Of a stretch of 64,000 bases of DNA, positions 9,345 through 27,373 are shown in pieces. A model generated the notes under the pieces. It was not told the DNA's origin and ran no database searches. It saw only the letters and a list, made by a program, of their open reading frames with translations. Origin of the DNA: an uncultured bacterium. GTDB taxonomy: Bacteria > Babelota > Babeliae > Babelales > JACPOV01. Numbering within the stretch: position 1 is the first letter of the stretch; each line of letters starts with the position of its first letter. The translations under genes were made by a program, and so were the position numbers. The DNA lies in the NCBI GenBank assembly GCA_963744715.1, contig CAVUUR010000009.1, positions 29,042-93,041 on the forward strand, given 5' to 3'.

Positions 9345-9430
9345 GGCGAGATTCCCGAGCGGTCAAAGGGGACGGACTGTAAATCCGTTGGCTTATGTCT
9401 TCGCAGGTTCGAATCCTGCTCTCGCCACCA
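9345..9430 (+). tRNA. tRNA-Tyr (GTA), long variable arm, CCA encoded
   Basis: Acceptor GGCGAGA/TCTCGCC, anticodon loop CTGTAAA, T-arm GCAGGTTCGAATCCTGC, 86 nt. Confidence 0.9.
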
Positions 9431-9434
9431 AGAA

Positions 9435-9510
9435 GCGGGAATAGCTCAATTGGTAGAGCGACAGCCTTCCAAGCTGTAGGTTGCGGGTTCGAGCCCCGTT
9501 TCCCGCTCCA
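9435..9510 (+). tRNA. tRNA-Gly (TCC), CCA encoded
   Basis: Acceptor GCGGGAA/TTCCCGC, anticodon stem ACAGC/GCTGT with loop CTTCCAA, T-loop TTCGAGC, 76 nt. Confidence 0.9.
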
Positions 9511-9522
9511 TAAAAAATGTGT

Positions 9523-9598
9523 GCTGGCGTAGCTCAGTAGGTAGAGCAGCTGATTTGTAATCAGCAGGTCGCTGGTTCGAATCCAGTCGCCAGCTCCA
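9523..9598 (+). tRNA. tRNA-Thr (TGT), CCA encoded
   Basis: Acceptor GCTGGCG/CGCCAGC, anticodon stem GCTGA/TCAGC with loop TTTGTAA, T-loop TTCGAAT, 76 nt. Confidence 0.9.
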
Positions 9599-9676
9599 AT
9601 TAAGTGATTAATATATAAAAACAAGTTGTTTTTTTAATTTTTTTTATTTAATCTATTAGGTATGTTTGTGAAATTT

Positions 9677-9751
9677 GCCCACGTAGCTCAGTGGCAGAGC
9701 ACTTCCTTGGTAAGGAAGAGGTCACCGGTTCAACCCCGGTCGCGGGCTCCA
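9677..9751 (+). tRNA. tRNA-Thr (GGT), CCA encoded
   Basis: Acceptor GCCCACG/CGCGGGC (one A-C mismatch), anticodon stem CTTCC/GGAAG with loop TTGGTAA, T-loop TTCAACC, 75 nt. Confidence 0.85.
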
Positions 9752-9777
9752 AAAATAAAATTAAGTAAGAGAATTAT

Positions 9778-9939
9778 ATGGCAAAGAAAAAGAGAGTCAT
9801 TACCGCCCTTGCATGCGAAACGTGTAAAGAGCGTAATTACTCTCAGATTGTTTCTGGACAGCGTACAGTAGGTTCCTTGAGATTGAGTAAATATTGCTCT
9901 CATTGTCGCAAGCATACTGATCATAAAGAGACTAAATAA
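9778..9939 (+). CDS. rpmG: 50S ribosomal protein L33
   Basis: 53-aa ORF, below the ORF-track cutoff: MAKKKRVITALACETCKERNYSQIVSGQRTVGSLRLSKYCSHCRKHTDHKETK. It has the L33 CxxC...CxxC pattern and the canonical position before tRNA-Trp and secE. Confidence 0.85.
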   Translation: MAKKKRVITALACETCKERNYSQIVSGQRTVGSLRLSKYCSHCRKHTDHKETK

Positions 9940-9946
9940 AGTTTGG

Positions 9947-10023
9947 AGGCCAGTAGCTCGAATTGGTAGAGCGGCAGACTCCAAATCTGCGGGTTGGGGG
10001 TTCGAGTCCCTCCTGGCCTGCCA
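9947..10023 (+). tRNA. tRNA-Trp (CCA), CCA end encoded
   Basis: Acceptor AGGCCAG/CTGGCCT, anticodon stem GCAGA/TCTGC with loop CTCCAAA, T-loop TTCGAGT, 77 nt. Confidence 0.9.
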
Positions 10024-10084
10024 CCTGTTAGCTAAAGAAATAGTAGCTTGTTAGATATTTTAATCCAATAAGTTTTGGTGCCCG

Positions 10085-10264
10085 ATGAAAGATGTAAGTC
10101 GATTTTTATATGAAGTTCAGCTTGAGCTTTCAAAAATTATATGGCCTAGTTTTAATGAATTAGTAGGCTTAGTTGTTATAGTGATGATTCTTGTTTGTAT
10201 TTTTTCGGCTTATATAGGTTTTATAGACGTTGTTTTTTATAAAATTGCCGGACAAATTTTTTAA
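10085..10264 (+). CDS. secE: preprotein translocase subunit SecE
   Basis: 59-aa ORF, below the track cutoff: MKDVSRFLYEVQLELSKIIWPSFNELVGLVVIVMILVCIFSAYIGFIDVVFYKIAGQIF. It has the SecE motif (E..KV.WP...E) plus a single TM helix and sits directly upstream of nusG. Confidence 0.85.
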   Translation: MKDVSRFLYEVQLELSKIIWPSFNELVGLVVIVMILVCIFSAYIGFIDVVFYKIAGQIF

Positions 10265-10279
10265 TGCAGCGGAAATTAC

Positions 10280-10807
10280 ATGAAACGTTGGTATGTTGTT
10301 CAGGTATATGCGGGATACGAAGAAGCGATAAAAAATGATATTTTGAAGCGCATTAAAGATGCTGGTTTTGAGCATTACTTTGGTGATGTTTTAATTCCAT
10401 CTACTAAGTTAAAAACAATGTTTGCCGCTGTTGATGCTAACGGTAAAAATGAGCAACAGTTGTTTCCTGGTTATTTGTTAATTGAAATGGAATTAATTCC
10501 TGAAGCTATTCGATTGGTTCAGTCAACGCCAAAAGTAACGCGTTTCCTAGGGGGTAAAGATCCTATGCCGTTATCGCAGAAAGAAATAGATAGAGTTCTT
10601 TCTCAAATGAAGGGCGAGGTTGCTTTAGCTACTAAGAAAAGTGAGTTTGTTGTTGGCAGTGAAGTTGATATTAGTGAAGGGCCGTTTGCGGGATTTGTTG
10701 GTGTTATTGATAAAATTGACGAGAACAATGAACGTTTAACGGTTATGGTAAGTATTTTTGGTAGAATGACCCCTATAGAATTGGGTTTTGATCAAGTAAA
10801 ACGATAA
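10280..10807 (+). CDS. nusG: transcription termination/antitermination factor NusG
   Basis: MKRWYVVQVYAGYEE (NGN domain) and a C-terminal KOW (GSEVDISEGPFAGFVGVIDKID), with secE-nusG-rplK synteny. Confidence 0.9.
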   Translation: MKRWYVVQVYAGYEEAIKNDILKRIKDAGFEHYFGDVLIPSTKLKTMFAAVDANGKNEQQLFPGYLLIEMELIPEAIRLVQSTPKVTRFLGGKDPMPLSQKEIDRVLSQMKGEVALATKKSEFVVGSEVDISEGPFAGFVGVIDKIDENNERLTVMVSIFGRMTPIELGFDQVKR

Positions 10808-10824
10808 AGAATGGGTTGTTATTT

Positions 10825-11253
10825 ATGGCAAAAGAAATTAAAGCGCAAGTAAAATTACTCATTGATGCAGGTGCGGCAACGCCAGCTCCTCCTGTTGGTT
10901 CAGCTCTTGGTCAACAAGGTGTTGCTATTATGGAGTTCTGCAAAAAATTTAATGAAAAAACTTCTGGACAAAAGGGGCAAGGAAAGCTTCCTGTTATTGT
11001 TACTATCTATAAAGATAAAACATTTGATTTTGTTGTTAAAACTCCTCCAACGTCAGATTTGATTAAAAAGAAGCTTGGTATTGCTAAGGGTTCTTCAAAG
11101 CCGAACCTTGATAAGGTTGGTAAATTATCATCGAAGGATCTTGAAGAAATAGCCGCTATTAAGATGCCAGATCTTAATGCTCTCGATATGGAGCAAGCAA
11201 AAAAAATTGTAGCGGGTTCTGCTCGTAGTATGGGAATTGATATTGGTGATTAA
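10825..11253 (+). CDS. rplK: 50S ribosomal protein L11
   Basis: MAKEIKAQVKLLIDAGAATPAPPVGSALGQQGVAIMEFCKKFN is the L11 signature. Confidence 0.95.
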   Translation: MAKEIKAQVKLLIDAGAATPAPPVGSALGQQGVAIMEFCKKFNEKTSGQKGQGKLPVIVTIYKDKTFDFVVKTPPTSDLIKKKLGIAKGSSKPNLDKVGKLSSKDLEEIAAIKMPDLNALDMEQAKKIVAGSARSMGIDIGD

Positions 11254-11273
11254 GAGTTGTAGGGATTTCTGAC

Positions 11274-11972
11274 ATGGCAACGCATGGTAAAAAATATATA
11301 AACGTGAGTGAAAAAATAGATAGAACTGCGCTCTTTCCGTTTAAGGAAGCATTAGCTAAAGTTAAAGAATTAGCGTATGCTAAATTTGATGAATCTGTTG
11401 ATTTTCACATTAATTTAGGCATTGATCCTGCTAATGGGGATCAGGCGGTTAGAGGTTCTGTTGTTTTACCTCATGGAACAGGAAAAAAAGTTCGCATTGT
11501 AGTATTTGCAAAAGGCGAATACATTGATGAGGCTAAAGACGCAGGTGCTGATTACGTAGGCCTGGAAGATCTCATTGAAAAAATTGAAGGTGGATGGCTT
11601 GATTTCGATTTTGCAATTGCTACCCCGGATTTGATGGGAATGGTTGGAAAATTGGCTAAAATATTGGGTCCTCGAGGATTATTGCCTAATAAAAAAGTTG
11701 GTACTGTTACCTTTGATATTGGTGAAACGGTAGCTGATTTAAAAAAGGGTCGCCTTTTCTTTAAAAATGACAAGAGTGGGCTCGTTCACTTTTCAGTAGG
11801 CAGAGTGTCGTATGATGTTCAGAAATTATATGACAATGTTATTGTATTTATAAAAGCATTAGCTGGGGTTAAGCCTGCCGCTGCAAAAGGTAAATTTATT
11901 CAAAGAATTACCGTCGCTTCTACCATGGGTGTTGGTATTCATATTAACCCAGATGATATAGTAAATTTATAG
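11274..11972 (+). CDS. rplA: 50S ribosomal protein L1
   Basis: 232 aa with the DESVDFHINLGIDP...QAVRGSVVLPHGTGK motifs of L1. Confidence 0.95.
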   Translation: MATHGKKYINVSEKIDRTALFPFKEALAKVKELAYAKFDESVDFHINLGIDPANGDQAVRGSVVLPHGTGKKVRIVVFAKGEYIDEAKDAGADYVGLEDLIEKIEGGWLDFDFAIATPDLMGMVGKLAKILGPRGLLPNKKVGTVTFDIGETVADLKKGRLFFKNDKSGLVHFSVGRVSYDVQKLYDNVIVFIKALAGVKPAAAKGKFIQRITVASTMGVGIHINPDDIVNL

Positions 11973-11990
11973 TGATAAAAGGTAAAATCG

Positions 11991-12497
11991 ATGAATCGCC
12001 AGCAAAAAGAACAGATTATTGAATCATTAAAAAATAATCTTCATGCAAATAAATTATCATTCGTTGTTGGTTACAAGGGTCTCAGCGTTGATAAATTAAT
12101 GGCATTGAGAAGAAAATTGCAAAAAGGTGGCGCTATATTAAAAGTTGCTAAAGTTACTTTTATTAAGCGAGCTATTGAAGAATCTTCCGAAGCGAAAGCT
12201 TTAATGCCTTTTTTATCGAATCAAATAGCATTAGTATTTTCAAAAGAAGAATCGTCTGCCGTTGCTAAAACGTTACATGATTTTTCAAGAGATAATGAAC
12301 AATTTCATCTTTTGGGTGGTTGTTTTGATAAGCAAGTTATGAATCCTGATTCAATAAAGGCATTTGCTTTGTTGCCATCAAGGGAAGTATTGTTGGGCCA
12401 ATTGTGTGGTCTTTTAAAAGCTCCTGTTACTAAATTAGCAGTTGTTCTTAAAATGGCTTCTGAGCATTTGAATAAACAAACAGCTCAGGCAGAGTAA
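11991..12497 (+). CDS. rplJ: 50S ribosomal protein L10
   Basis: 168 aa. Its position between rplA and rplL and its N-terminus MNRQQKEQIIESLKNNL...VVGYKGLSV are typical of L10. Confidence 0.9.
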   Translation: MNRQQKEQIIESLKNNLHANKLSFVVGYKGLSVDKLMALRRKLQKGGAILKVAKVTFIKRAIEESSEAKALMPFLSNQIALVFSKEESSAVAKTLHDFSRDNEQFHLLGGCFDKQVMNPDSIKAFALLPSREVLLGQLCGLLKAPVTKLAVVLKMASEHLNKQTAQAE

Positions 12498-12572
12498 AAT
12501 TCTGTATAAATAAAATGATTTGAATGTGTATAGTTAGTTAATTATTTTGTAAATCGTAAGTGGAGAACTGCC

Positions 12573-12959
12573 ATGGCAGAAAAATCATACGATAAAATTG
12601 TTCAAGAAATTAGTAAGTTAACTGCTCTCGAGCTTAGTGGGCTTACGAAAGCTATTGAAGAAGCTTTTGGTGTATCAGCAGCTATGCCAGTAATGGGAGC
12701 CGGGGCAACTGCCGCAGCGCCTGAAGCAGCAAAAACTGAAGAACAAACTGCATTTAAGGTTACTCTTGAAGATCAAGGTCCTGATAAAATAAAAACTATT
12801 AAGGCTTTGCGTCAAGTAGTATCAACGTTGGGCTTGTCAGAAGCTAAGGCTGCTGTTGAAGGTGCACCAACAGTTATTGCTGAATCAGCTTCAAAAGCGG
12901 ATGCAATGAAGATGAAAGAAACTTTAGAAGCTGCTGGAGCAAAAGTAAAATTATCTTAA
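12573..12959 (+). CDS. rplL: 50S ribosomal protein L7/L12
   Basis: 128 aa with an Ala-rich hinge and the C-terminal domain KIKTIKALRQVVSTLGLSEAKAAVEGAP...AGAKVKL. Confidence 0.95.
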   Translation: MAEKSYDKIVQEISKLTALELSGLTKAIEEAFGVSAAMPVMGAGATAAAPEAAKTEEQTAFKVTLEDQGPDKIKTIKALRQVVSTLGLSEAKAAVEGAPTVIAESASKADAMKMKETLEAAGAKVKLS

Positions 12960-12977
12960 AAATGGCAATGGTGAATT

Positions 12978-13010
12978 TTATGCGCATTTATAGATTATAA
13001 GTGCGCATAA
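12978..13010 (+). promoter_or_regulatory. stem-loop in the rplL-rpoB spacer (possible attenuator)
   Basis: TTATGCGCA (12978-12986) pairs perfectly with TGCGCATAA (13002-13010) across a 15-nt loop. No U-tract follows. The position is analogous to the rplL-rpoB attenuator known in E. coli. Confidence 0.3.
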
Positions 13011-13050
13011 AGTATAAAAAAAATAAATCTTCGTACAGGGAGGCAGCTGC

Positions 13051-21504
<8,454 letters not shown>

Positions 21505-21516
21505 AGTATAATAAGA

Positions 21517-21591
21517 AGGCGCGTAGCTCAGCGGGAGAGCATTGCTTTGACGTAGCAAGGGTCAGCGGTTCAAATCCGCTCGCGCCTACCA
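21517..21591 (+). tRNA. tRNA-Val (GAC), CCA encoded
   Basis: Acceptor AGGCGCG/CGCGCCT, anticodon stem TTGCT/AGCAA with loop TTGACGT, T-arm AGCGGTTCAAATCCGCT, 75 nt. Confidence 0.9.
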
Positions 21592-21634
21592 TGAGCGATG
21601 TTTATAATAATAATAACATATAGGGTATTTTAGG

Positions 21635-21901
21635 ATGGCAAAAAATTTGAAAAAAAATTCAATGGTTGAAAAATGCAAAAAGCATGAAAATGATACAGGA
21701 TCAGTGGAAGTTCAAGTTGCTGCATTAACAGAAAGAATTGAATATCTATCTAATCATTTTAAAGAAAATCCTAAAGATTTTTCATCTAAACGAGGATTGC
21801 TTAAAATGGTTAGTAGACGACGCACGTATTTAAAACATGTTGAAAAAAATAATGAAAAACTCTATAAACAACTTCTTACTGTTTTAGAGTTAAGAAAATA
21901 G
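21635..21901 (+). CDS. rpsO: 30S ribosomal protein S15
   Basis: 88 aa with GSVEVQVAALTERIEYLSNHFKENPKDFSSKRGLLKMVSRRR, the S15 signature, directly upstream of pnp. Confidence 0.95.
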   Translation: MAKNLKKNSMVEKCKKHENDTGSVEVQVAALTERIEYLSNHFKENPKDFSSKRGLLKMVSRRRTYLKHVEKNNEKLYKQLLTVLELRK

Positions 21902-21940
21902 TTAACGATTGTTCTTTAATATATTAATAGGATTTATTTA

Positions 21941-24018
21941 ATGGTAAAAAAATTTACTTTAACCGATTTTGGTTATGAAGTTCAGTTAGGGAAATTTGCT
22001 CGTCAAGCAGATGGTGCGGTTTGGTTTCAACAAGGGGGAACGGTTATTTTAGCAACGGTTGTCTCTGCGCCTTCTCCAGATTTTCCCGGCTTTTTACCAT
22101 TAACTATTGATTATCGAGAACAATTTGCTGCTGCTGGTAAAATACCGGGAGGTTATTATAAGCGAGAAGGTAGATTTACTGATAAAGAAATTTTAACCGC
22201 TCGTTTAATTGATCGTGCTGTTCGTCCATTGTTTCCAGAAACATATTTTAATCAATTGCAAGTTTTGGTTACGGTTTACTCAGTTGATAAAGAGCATTCT
22301 CCTCACATTATTTCACTCATTGCTACCTCATTAGCAATTTCTATTTCTAAAATTCCTTTTTTAGGGCCTGTTGGGGCGATAGAAGTTGCTCGTATTAAGG
22401 GAGAATGGATTTTTAATCCTACGTATACACAAAGTCTTGAATCTGACGTTAAACTCATTATTGCCGGTACCGAAGAAGGTATTTGTATGGTTGAAGGGTG
22501 CACTAATGAGATTACTGAAGATGAATTTCTTGATGTGCTCTTTAAAGCTCATGACAACATTAAAAAGCAGGTTCTGTGGCAACAAGAAATTCAACGAGAA
22601 GTGGGAATACCAAAAGAATTAATTGATGAAAATATTGATTGGAAAGCATGGACCAATTACGCAGAGGCATTCTTAACTAAAGAAAAAATAAATAGCTTAT
22701 TTATTTCTGATAAAATAGAGCGATCGTAAAAAGATTAAAGAAACAGAAAAAGCATTTATGGAAGAACATAAACAACGCGCTGAAGAAGAAAAAATTTCAG
22801 AAACCGTTGGAGAATATGTTTTTGATACCATATTAAAAAAGAAAATCACGAATTCAATTTTTGAACATGGTTATCGCATTGATAAACGTGCATTCGATCA
22901 GGTTCGTCCTATTTCAGTTGAAGTAGGCTTGTTACCATTTACGCATGGTTCTGCAGTTTTTAATCGTGGAAGAACGCAAGCGTTGGTAAGCATTACTATG
23001 GGTGGCGGACAAGATGAACAAAAAGTTGAAGATTTGATGGGCAATACGCTCGAAAAATCATTTATGCTCCACTATAATTTCCCACCATTTTCTGCAGGCG
23101 AAGTTCGACCTATGCGCGGGCCTGGAAGACGTGAAGTAGGCCATGGTTACTTGGCAGCCTCAGCGCTTAATTTTGTACTTCCTAACAAAGATCAATTTCC
23201 TTATACCATTCGTGTTGTTGCAGATATTTTAGAATCTGATGGATCAACCTCAATGGCTACCGTATGTGGCTCTACTATGGCATTAATGAATGCGGGTGTT
23301 CCCATTAGAAAAATGGTTAGTGGCGTAGCAATGGGATTGCTCAGTAGCTCAAAAGGAGATTTCCAAGCTCTCACCGATATTAATGGTGATGAAGATGCCT
23401 ATGGCTTAATGGATTTTAAAGTTTCTGGTACACAAGATGGTATCACCGCTATTCAGATGGATATTAAATATAAAGGTGGATTATCACGAGATATATTTCA
23501 AGGCGGCATTAGCGCAGGCCAAAACAGGTCGTCTTCATATTTTAGCGGAAATGCAAAAAGTAATGAGTAGCCCAAATCCAACATTATCAGATTTAGTTCC
23601 TAAAGTTATTTCATTTAAAATACCTACCGATAAAATTGGTGCTGTTATTGGTACCGGTGGTAAAACTATTCGTGAAATTATCGATAAAACCGGAACCTCT
23701 ATAGATATTGAGAGTGATGGAACGGTTAAAATTTACGGGCAAGCTGATGCTAAATTAGATATGGCCATTAATTGGGTTAAAACTCTAGGCGGACTGATTG
23801 ACAAAGGAATGATCTACCATGGTAAAGTTAGACGAATTGCTGAGTTTGGGCTTTTTGTGGAACTTGTTCCTGGTCAAGATGGTCTTGTTCATATCTCTAT
23901 GATTCCGCGAGCGCAACAAGCTAATTTGGCTAATGAATTTCCAATTGATAGCGATTTGACCGTTGAAGTAATGGATTATGATCCAGCAACCGGCAGAATT
24001 AGATTAAAAATAGCGTAG
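21941..24018 (+). pseudogene. pnp: polyribonucleotide nucleotidyltransferase (PNPase), two frameshifts as given
   Basis: ORFs 21941-22729, 22758-23570 and 23437-24018 are colinear PNPase pieces: two RNase PH-like domains, then KH (IPTDKIGAVIGTGGKTIREI) and S1 (GKVRRIAEFGLFVELVPGQDGLVHIS). The breaks are at about 22725-22735 (extra T) and about 23495-23500 (extra C). Confidence 0.9.
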
Positions 24019-24054
24019 TATTTGGCTATACATATTTCAAAGGAAACTTTTTGT

Positions 24055-24864
24055 ATGCAAAGAGCCAATAATCGGGATTATGATCAAGTAAGGCCATTGC
24101 GTATTGTATACGATATTTTTGAATACGCAGATGGTTCAGTGCTGTTGGAAATTGGTAAAACTCGTGTATTATGTGCCGTTTCTATTGCGCCCGGTGTTCC
24201 CCATTTTTTACGTGGAAAAAATCAAGGATGGCTTACTGCAGGATATGCATTACTGCCTACTTCTACTAAAACACGGGTCGAACGAGAATCGATGGGAAAA
24301 CGAAACGATCGATCAATTGAAATATCTCGGTTAATCGGCCGTGTTTTGCGATCAGTTACATCGTTAGATAATATCGGTGAACGCACTATTTACATTGATT
24401 GTGATGTTATGCAGGCTGATGGCGGAACCAGAACAGCGTCTATCACCGGTGCTTGTTTAGCGTTGAAAATTGCTCAGCAAAAATGGTTATCTTCAGGAAT
24501 TATTGAACAACCAGTTTTGACGGATGATGTGGCGGGCATATCAGTTGGTTTTGTTGATGGATATACACTTCTTGATTTAGATTTTATCGAAGACAGCCAA
24601 GCAGAAGCGGATTTCAATTTTATTTTTACTAAAACTGGAAACATCGTAGAGATACAAGGTACTGCTGAACGGAATCCAATTCCATGGGATACGTTTGATA
24701 TGATGAAAAAATTGGCATACCAAGGGGCGCAGGATATTTTTGCGCATATTGCAGCATTATCTACGGTAACTGCGGTTAGGTCAAACGCTACGATCATACC
24801 GGCAACGTATGATGATCATGATGCTTTTTTTAAACCTTCTGTAAGAACCGATAAACCATTATAA
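24055..24864 (+). CDS. rph: ribonuclease PH
   Basis: MQRANNRDYDQVRPL...ADGSVLLEIGKTRVLCAVS...DCDVMQADGGTRTASITGACLAL aligns along E. coli RNase PH. It carries about 30 extra C-terminal residues. Confidence 0.9.
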   Translation: MQRANNRDYDQVRPLRIVYDIFEYADGSVLLEIGKTRVLCAVSIAPGVPHFLRGKNQGWLTAGYALLPTSTKTRVERESMGKRNDRSIEISRLIGRVLRSVTSLDNIGERTIYIDCDVMQADGGTRTASITGACLALKIAQQKWLSSGIIEQPVLTDDVAGISVGFVDGYTLLDLDFIEDSQAEADFNFIFTKTGNIVEIQGTAERNPIPWDTFDMMKKLAYQGAQDIFAHIAALSTVTAVRSNATIIPATYDDHDAFFKPSVRTDKPL

Positions 24865-24906
24865 TATATAGTTGATTAGGTTTATTTTTATTACTTGAAG
24901 TGTGCT

Positions 24907-25875
24907 ATGGATGTAACCAATTTTTTACGTGCTTTAGAAAAAAATGAGATGATCGATTATTCAGTAGTTTGCTTTACTGGATCTTCGTATCCTTTGTTAT
25001 TTTTTTCACTTGTTATTAATAGACTTCGTCAGCATTACGGTGATCGTGTTAAAAAAATAGAAGCTGCGCAGTTTGATAATTCATCCATACAGGCGTCATT
25101 AAATATCTCATTTTTAGGTCAAACATTATTGTATTGGTGTGGCGATAGTAAACAAGTTGCTGCGAGTAAAAGTAAGCAATTTTTAGCTGATATTAAGTAT
25201 TATGAAGGGCCACACTCGGTCTGGTTTTTTACTGATACGTGGGAACATACACCCAATGCAAAACAATGTATTATTCAATTGCATGAAATTGACAAAGCCC
25301 AGACAATGGATATTATTCGCGTATTAATGCCAGAGTTGCAGGATTATTCGTTAATTACGTATGTTTTTGAAAAAAAGGCAATGTTGACATTAGAAACCGT
25401 TTGTTTGTTACTGCATTATTCTTTTTTGATTGGCAGAAAACAACTGCCTGAGTTTACGACAACCTTACTCGATAAAATTATAGTTCCAGAACAATCATTA
25501 TTTACCCTCAGTACCCATTTTTTTGCAAAAAACCCAACCTTATTTTTTCAAGTGTGGCGTGCTATTGAGCATGATTATGTACCACTTTTTTGGATTTCAT
25601 TTTGGTCTGATCAACTTTTTAGAGCAAGTAATTTTATTGCGCTGACTAAACAAAAAAATCTCACCGAAGCAAAAAAAATTGCGCATAAACTTCCTTTTAC
25701 CTTTATTAAACGTGATTGGCAAAAAGTAACCATTAAAGAATTAAATGCTGCACATAATACTCTTTATCATCTAGATTACACGTTAAAACAAGGTGGTTCA
25801 GAGCATTTTTTAAATCTTTTTTTTGTAAACTTTTTTTCTAATACTAGTCACACAAAATACATTGATGGTATGTAA
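24907..25875 (+). CDS. hypothetical protein, possibly DNA polymerase III delta subunit (HolA)-like
   Basis: About 322 aa. The size, helical C-terminal half and a C-terminal L..LD..LKQGG motif recall HolA. No strong motif was seen, so the assignment is weak. Confidence 0.35.
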   Translation: MDVTNFLRALEKNEMIDYSVVCFTGSSYPLLFFSLVINRLRQHYGDRVKKIEAAQFDNSSIQASLNISFLGQTLLYWCGDSKQVAASKSKQFLADIKYYEGPHSVWFFTDTWEHTPNAKQCIIQLHEIDKAQTMDIIRVLMPELQDYSLITYVFEKKAMLTLETVCLLLHYSFLIGRKQLPEFTTTLLDKIIVPEQSLFTLSTHFFAKNPTLFFQVWRAIEHDYVPLFWISFWSDQLFRASNFIALTKQKNLTEAKKIAHKLPFTFIKRDWQKVTIKELNAAHNTLYHLDYTLKQGGSEHFLNLFFVNFFSNTSHTKYIDGM

Positions 25876-25956
25876 GTTAACCACTCTGTTATTTTATTCG
25901 ATACCTATGCTATACTTATGCGGTATAGTATTAAGTAAAAAATTTAGGGGTAATTA

Positions 25957-26253
25957 GTGGTACGCATTCGATATGTATTAGTGTATTTTTTGTGTTCTAT
26001 GCAGACTATGGTGAGTATGAATTTTTCGGAATTACATGTTAATTCCAATCAAGATGAGAAATGTCTAGATGTGCGTACAGAACTACCTTGTAACAGTGTT
26101 ATTAAAATTATTGATGTAAATTTTCTTAAGTGTGTAATTATTGATGATTATGCACCATATGAAAAACTTGATGGTTATGATTTTGGTGCAGCAAATAATG
26201 GTAAACCAGCATTAATTCCTCGTTATCGTTATATAACAGAAGTTAACTCATAA
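25957..26253 (+). CDS. hypothetical small protein
   Basis: 98-aa ORF with a hydrophobic N-terminus. No recognisable family. Confidence 0.35.
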   Translation: MVRIRYVLVYFLCSMQTMVSMNFSELHVNSNQDEKCLDVRTELPCNSVIKIIDVNFLKCVIIDDYAPYEKLDGYDFGAANNGKPALIPRYRYITEVNS

Positions 26254-26348
26254 GCCTTTTTGCCAAAGTATCTAGACATTTTTTAAAAAACAATCTACAA
26301 TCATCCCTGCTTAGATTATCACTATGAAATATTTGTAATAATAGGCGC

Positions 26349-26376
26349 TTGATTATACTTATATTTATGGTATAAT
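26349..26376 (+). promoter_or_regulatory. candidate extended -10 promoter for the 26427 gene
   Basis: TTGATT (26349-26354), 16-nt spacer ending in TGG, TATAAT (26371-26376). Confidence 0.4.
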
Positions 26377-26426
26377 TAATTGCATAATAGAATTAATTTA
26401 AGATACAGGGAACGTGAGGGAACGCA

Positions 26427-27371
26427 ATGAATAGAATACACATAAACACCATATTATACATCTGCTTGGTAGCTATGCCCTTTGCTAGCGCAATGAGTGA
26501 TAAACCTACAAGAAATTATACTCAAAGTGAACGAGTTAGGGATTTTTTACAAGAACAGGCTAATATCTGTGGTAAAGGACCTATTTTTCTTGCAGAAGAT
26601 CATGATATACGTGATAGCGCTGAATTACCGGAATATCGGGGCATTTTAGCTGGTAAAAGAACATTTAAGCAACGCTTTTTTATGGAAGAACCGGCTTACG
26701 ATATTGCTATTTCTCCTGAGTTTACCAAAAGATTAGAAAAGGCATTTATGGTATATAATCGTTCTGAAGGAAAAAATCAGAAGGCCAAGGAATTTATTGG
26801 GCGATCAGCCATACAAATTAGGCAAAATTTAGGCAAAGTGGAATACGATAGGTCCTATAAAAATACTCTTAAAGAATTCGCTTTTGTTGGAGTAACAACG
26901 GCCCTTATAGGGATAACCACTAACTGTGTGGGTCTCCTAATGAAAAAAAATAATGATCAAGGTGATGAAAAGAAACTGGCATTATCGAGTGTTGAAAAAT
27001 TGATTTATTCGGGCGTGGGATTAGGACTAAGTTACCTGTTTAATAATAATATTGCAGCTCCTCTCTATAATAAGTATAAAGAGCGAAAAGCTGATGAGTT
27101 TGCAATTGCTCATACTACAGAAGCAGATTTTATAAAGATGGCAGCGGATTATTATAGTAATGAGTATGATAAAGAGATCAAATCCGTTTATAATGAAATA
27201 TATTATTTTTCTCCTGGATTTAAAACGGAAAGTCCTGATCAAATATCTCAAGAAACCCAAAAGTTTAAAGAATTTGTAAACAGTTGGGGATATGGAAATT
27301 TTTCAAGCAATCGTGCTCATTATGAAAGATTTGCTAGAGCTGCTGAAAAACTAATGAAGCAAAATAATTAA
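26427..27371 (+). CDS. hypothetical secreted/membrane protein
   Basis: 314 aa with signal peptide MNRIHINTILYICLVAMPFASA and internal hydrophobic segments (FVGVTTALIGITTNCVGLL, LIYSGVGLGLSYLF). No catalytic motif recognised. Confidence 0.5.
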   Translation: MNRIHINTILYICLVAMPFASAMSDKPTRNYTQSERVRDFLQEQANICGKGPIFLAEDHDIRDSAELPEYRGILAGKRTFKQRFFMEEPAYDIAISPEFTKRLEKAFMVYNRSEGKNQKAKEFIGRSAIQIRQNLGKVEYDRSYKNTLKEFAFVGVTTALIGITTNCVGLLMKKNNDQGDEKKLALSSVEKLIYSGVGLGLSYLFNNNIAAPLYNKYKERKADEFAIAHTTEADFIKMAADYYSNEYDKEIKSVYNEIYYFSPGFKTESPDQISQETQKFKEFVNSWGYGNFSSNRAHYERFARAAEKLMKQNN

Positions 27372-27373
27372 TT

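Noticed and set aside
9307-9984. Track ORFs 9307-9624 (-), 9662-9871 (+) and 9730-9984 (-) as protein-coding genes
   Set aside because: They lie across five well-formed tRNA genes and the short rpmG gene. Their translations are low-complexity read-through of structured RNA sequence.
26427-27371. M48-type zinc metallopeptidase assignment for the 314-aa secreted protein, based on a KERKADEFAIAH segment resembling the E..AD..A motif
   Set aside because: No HExxH motif is present anywhere in the protein, so the resemblance is too weak. It is left as hypothetical.
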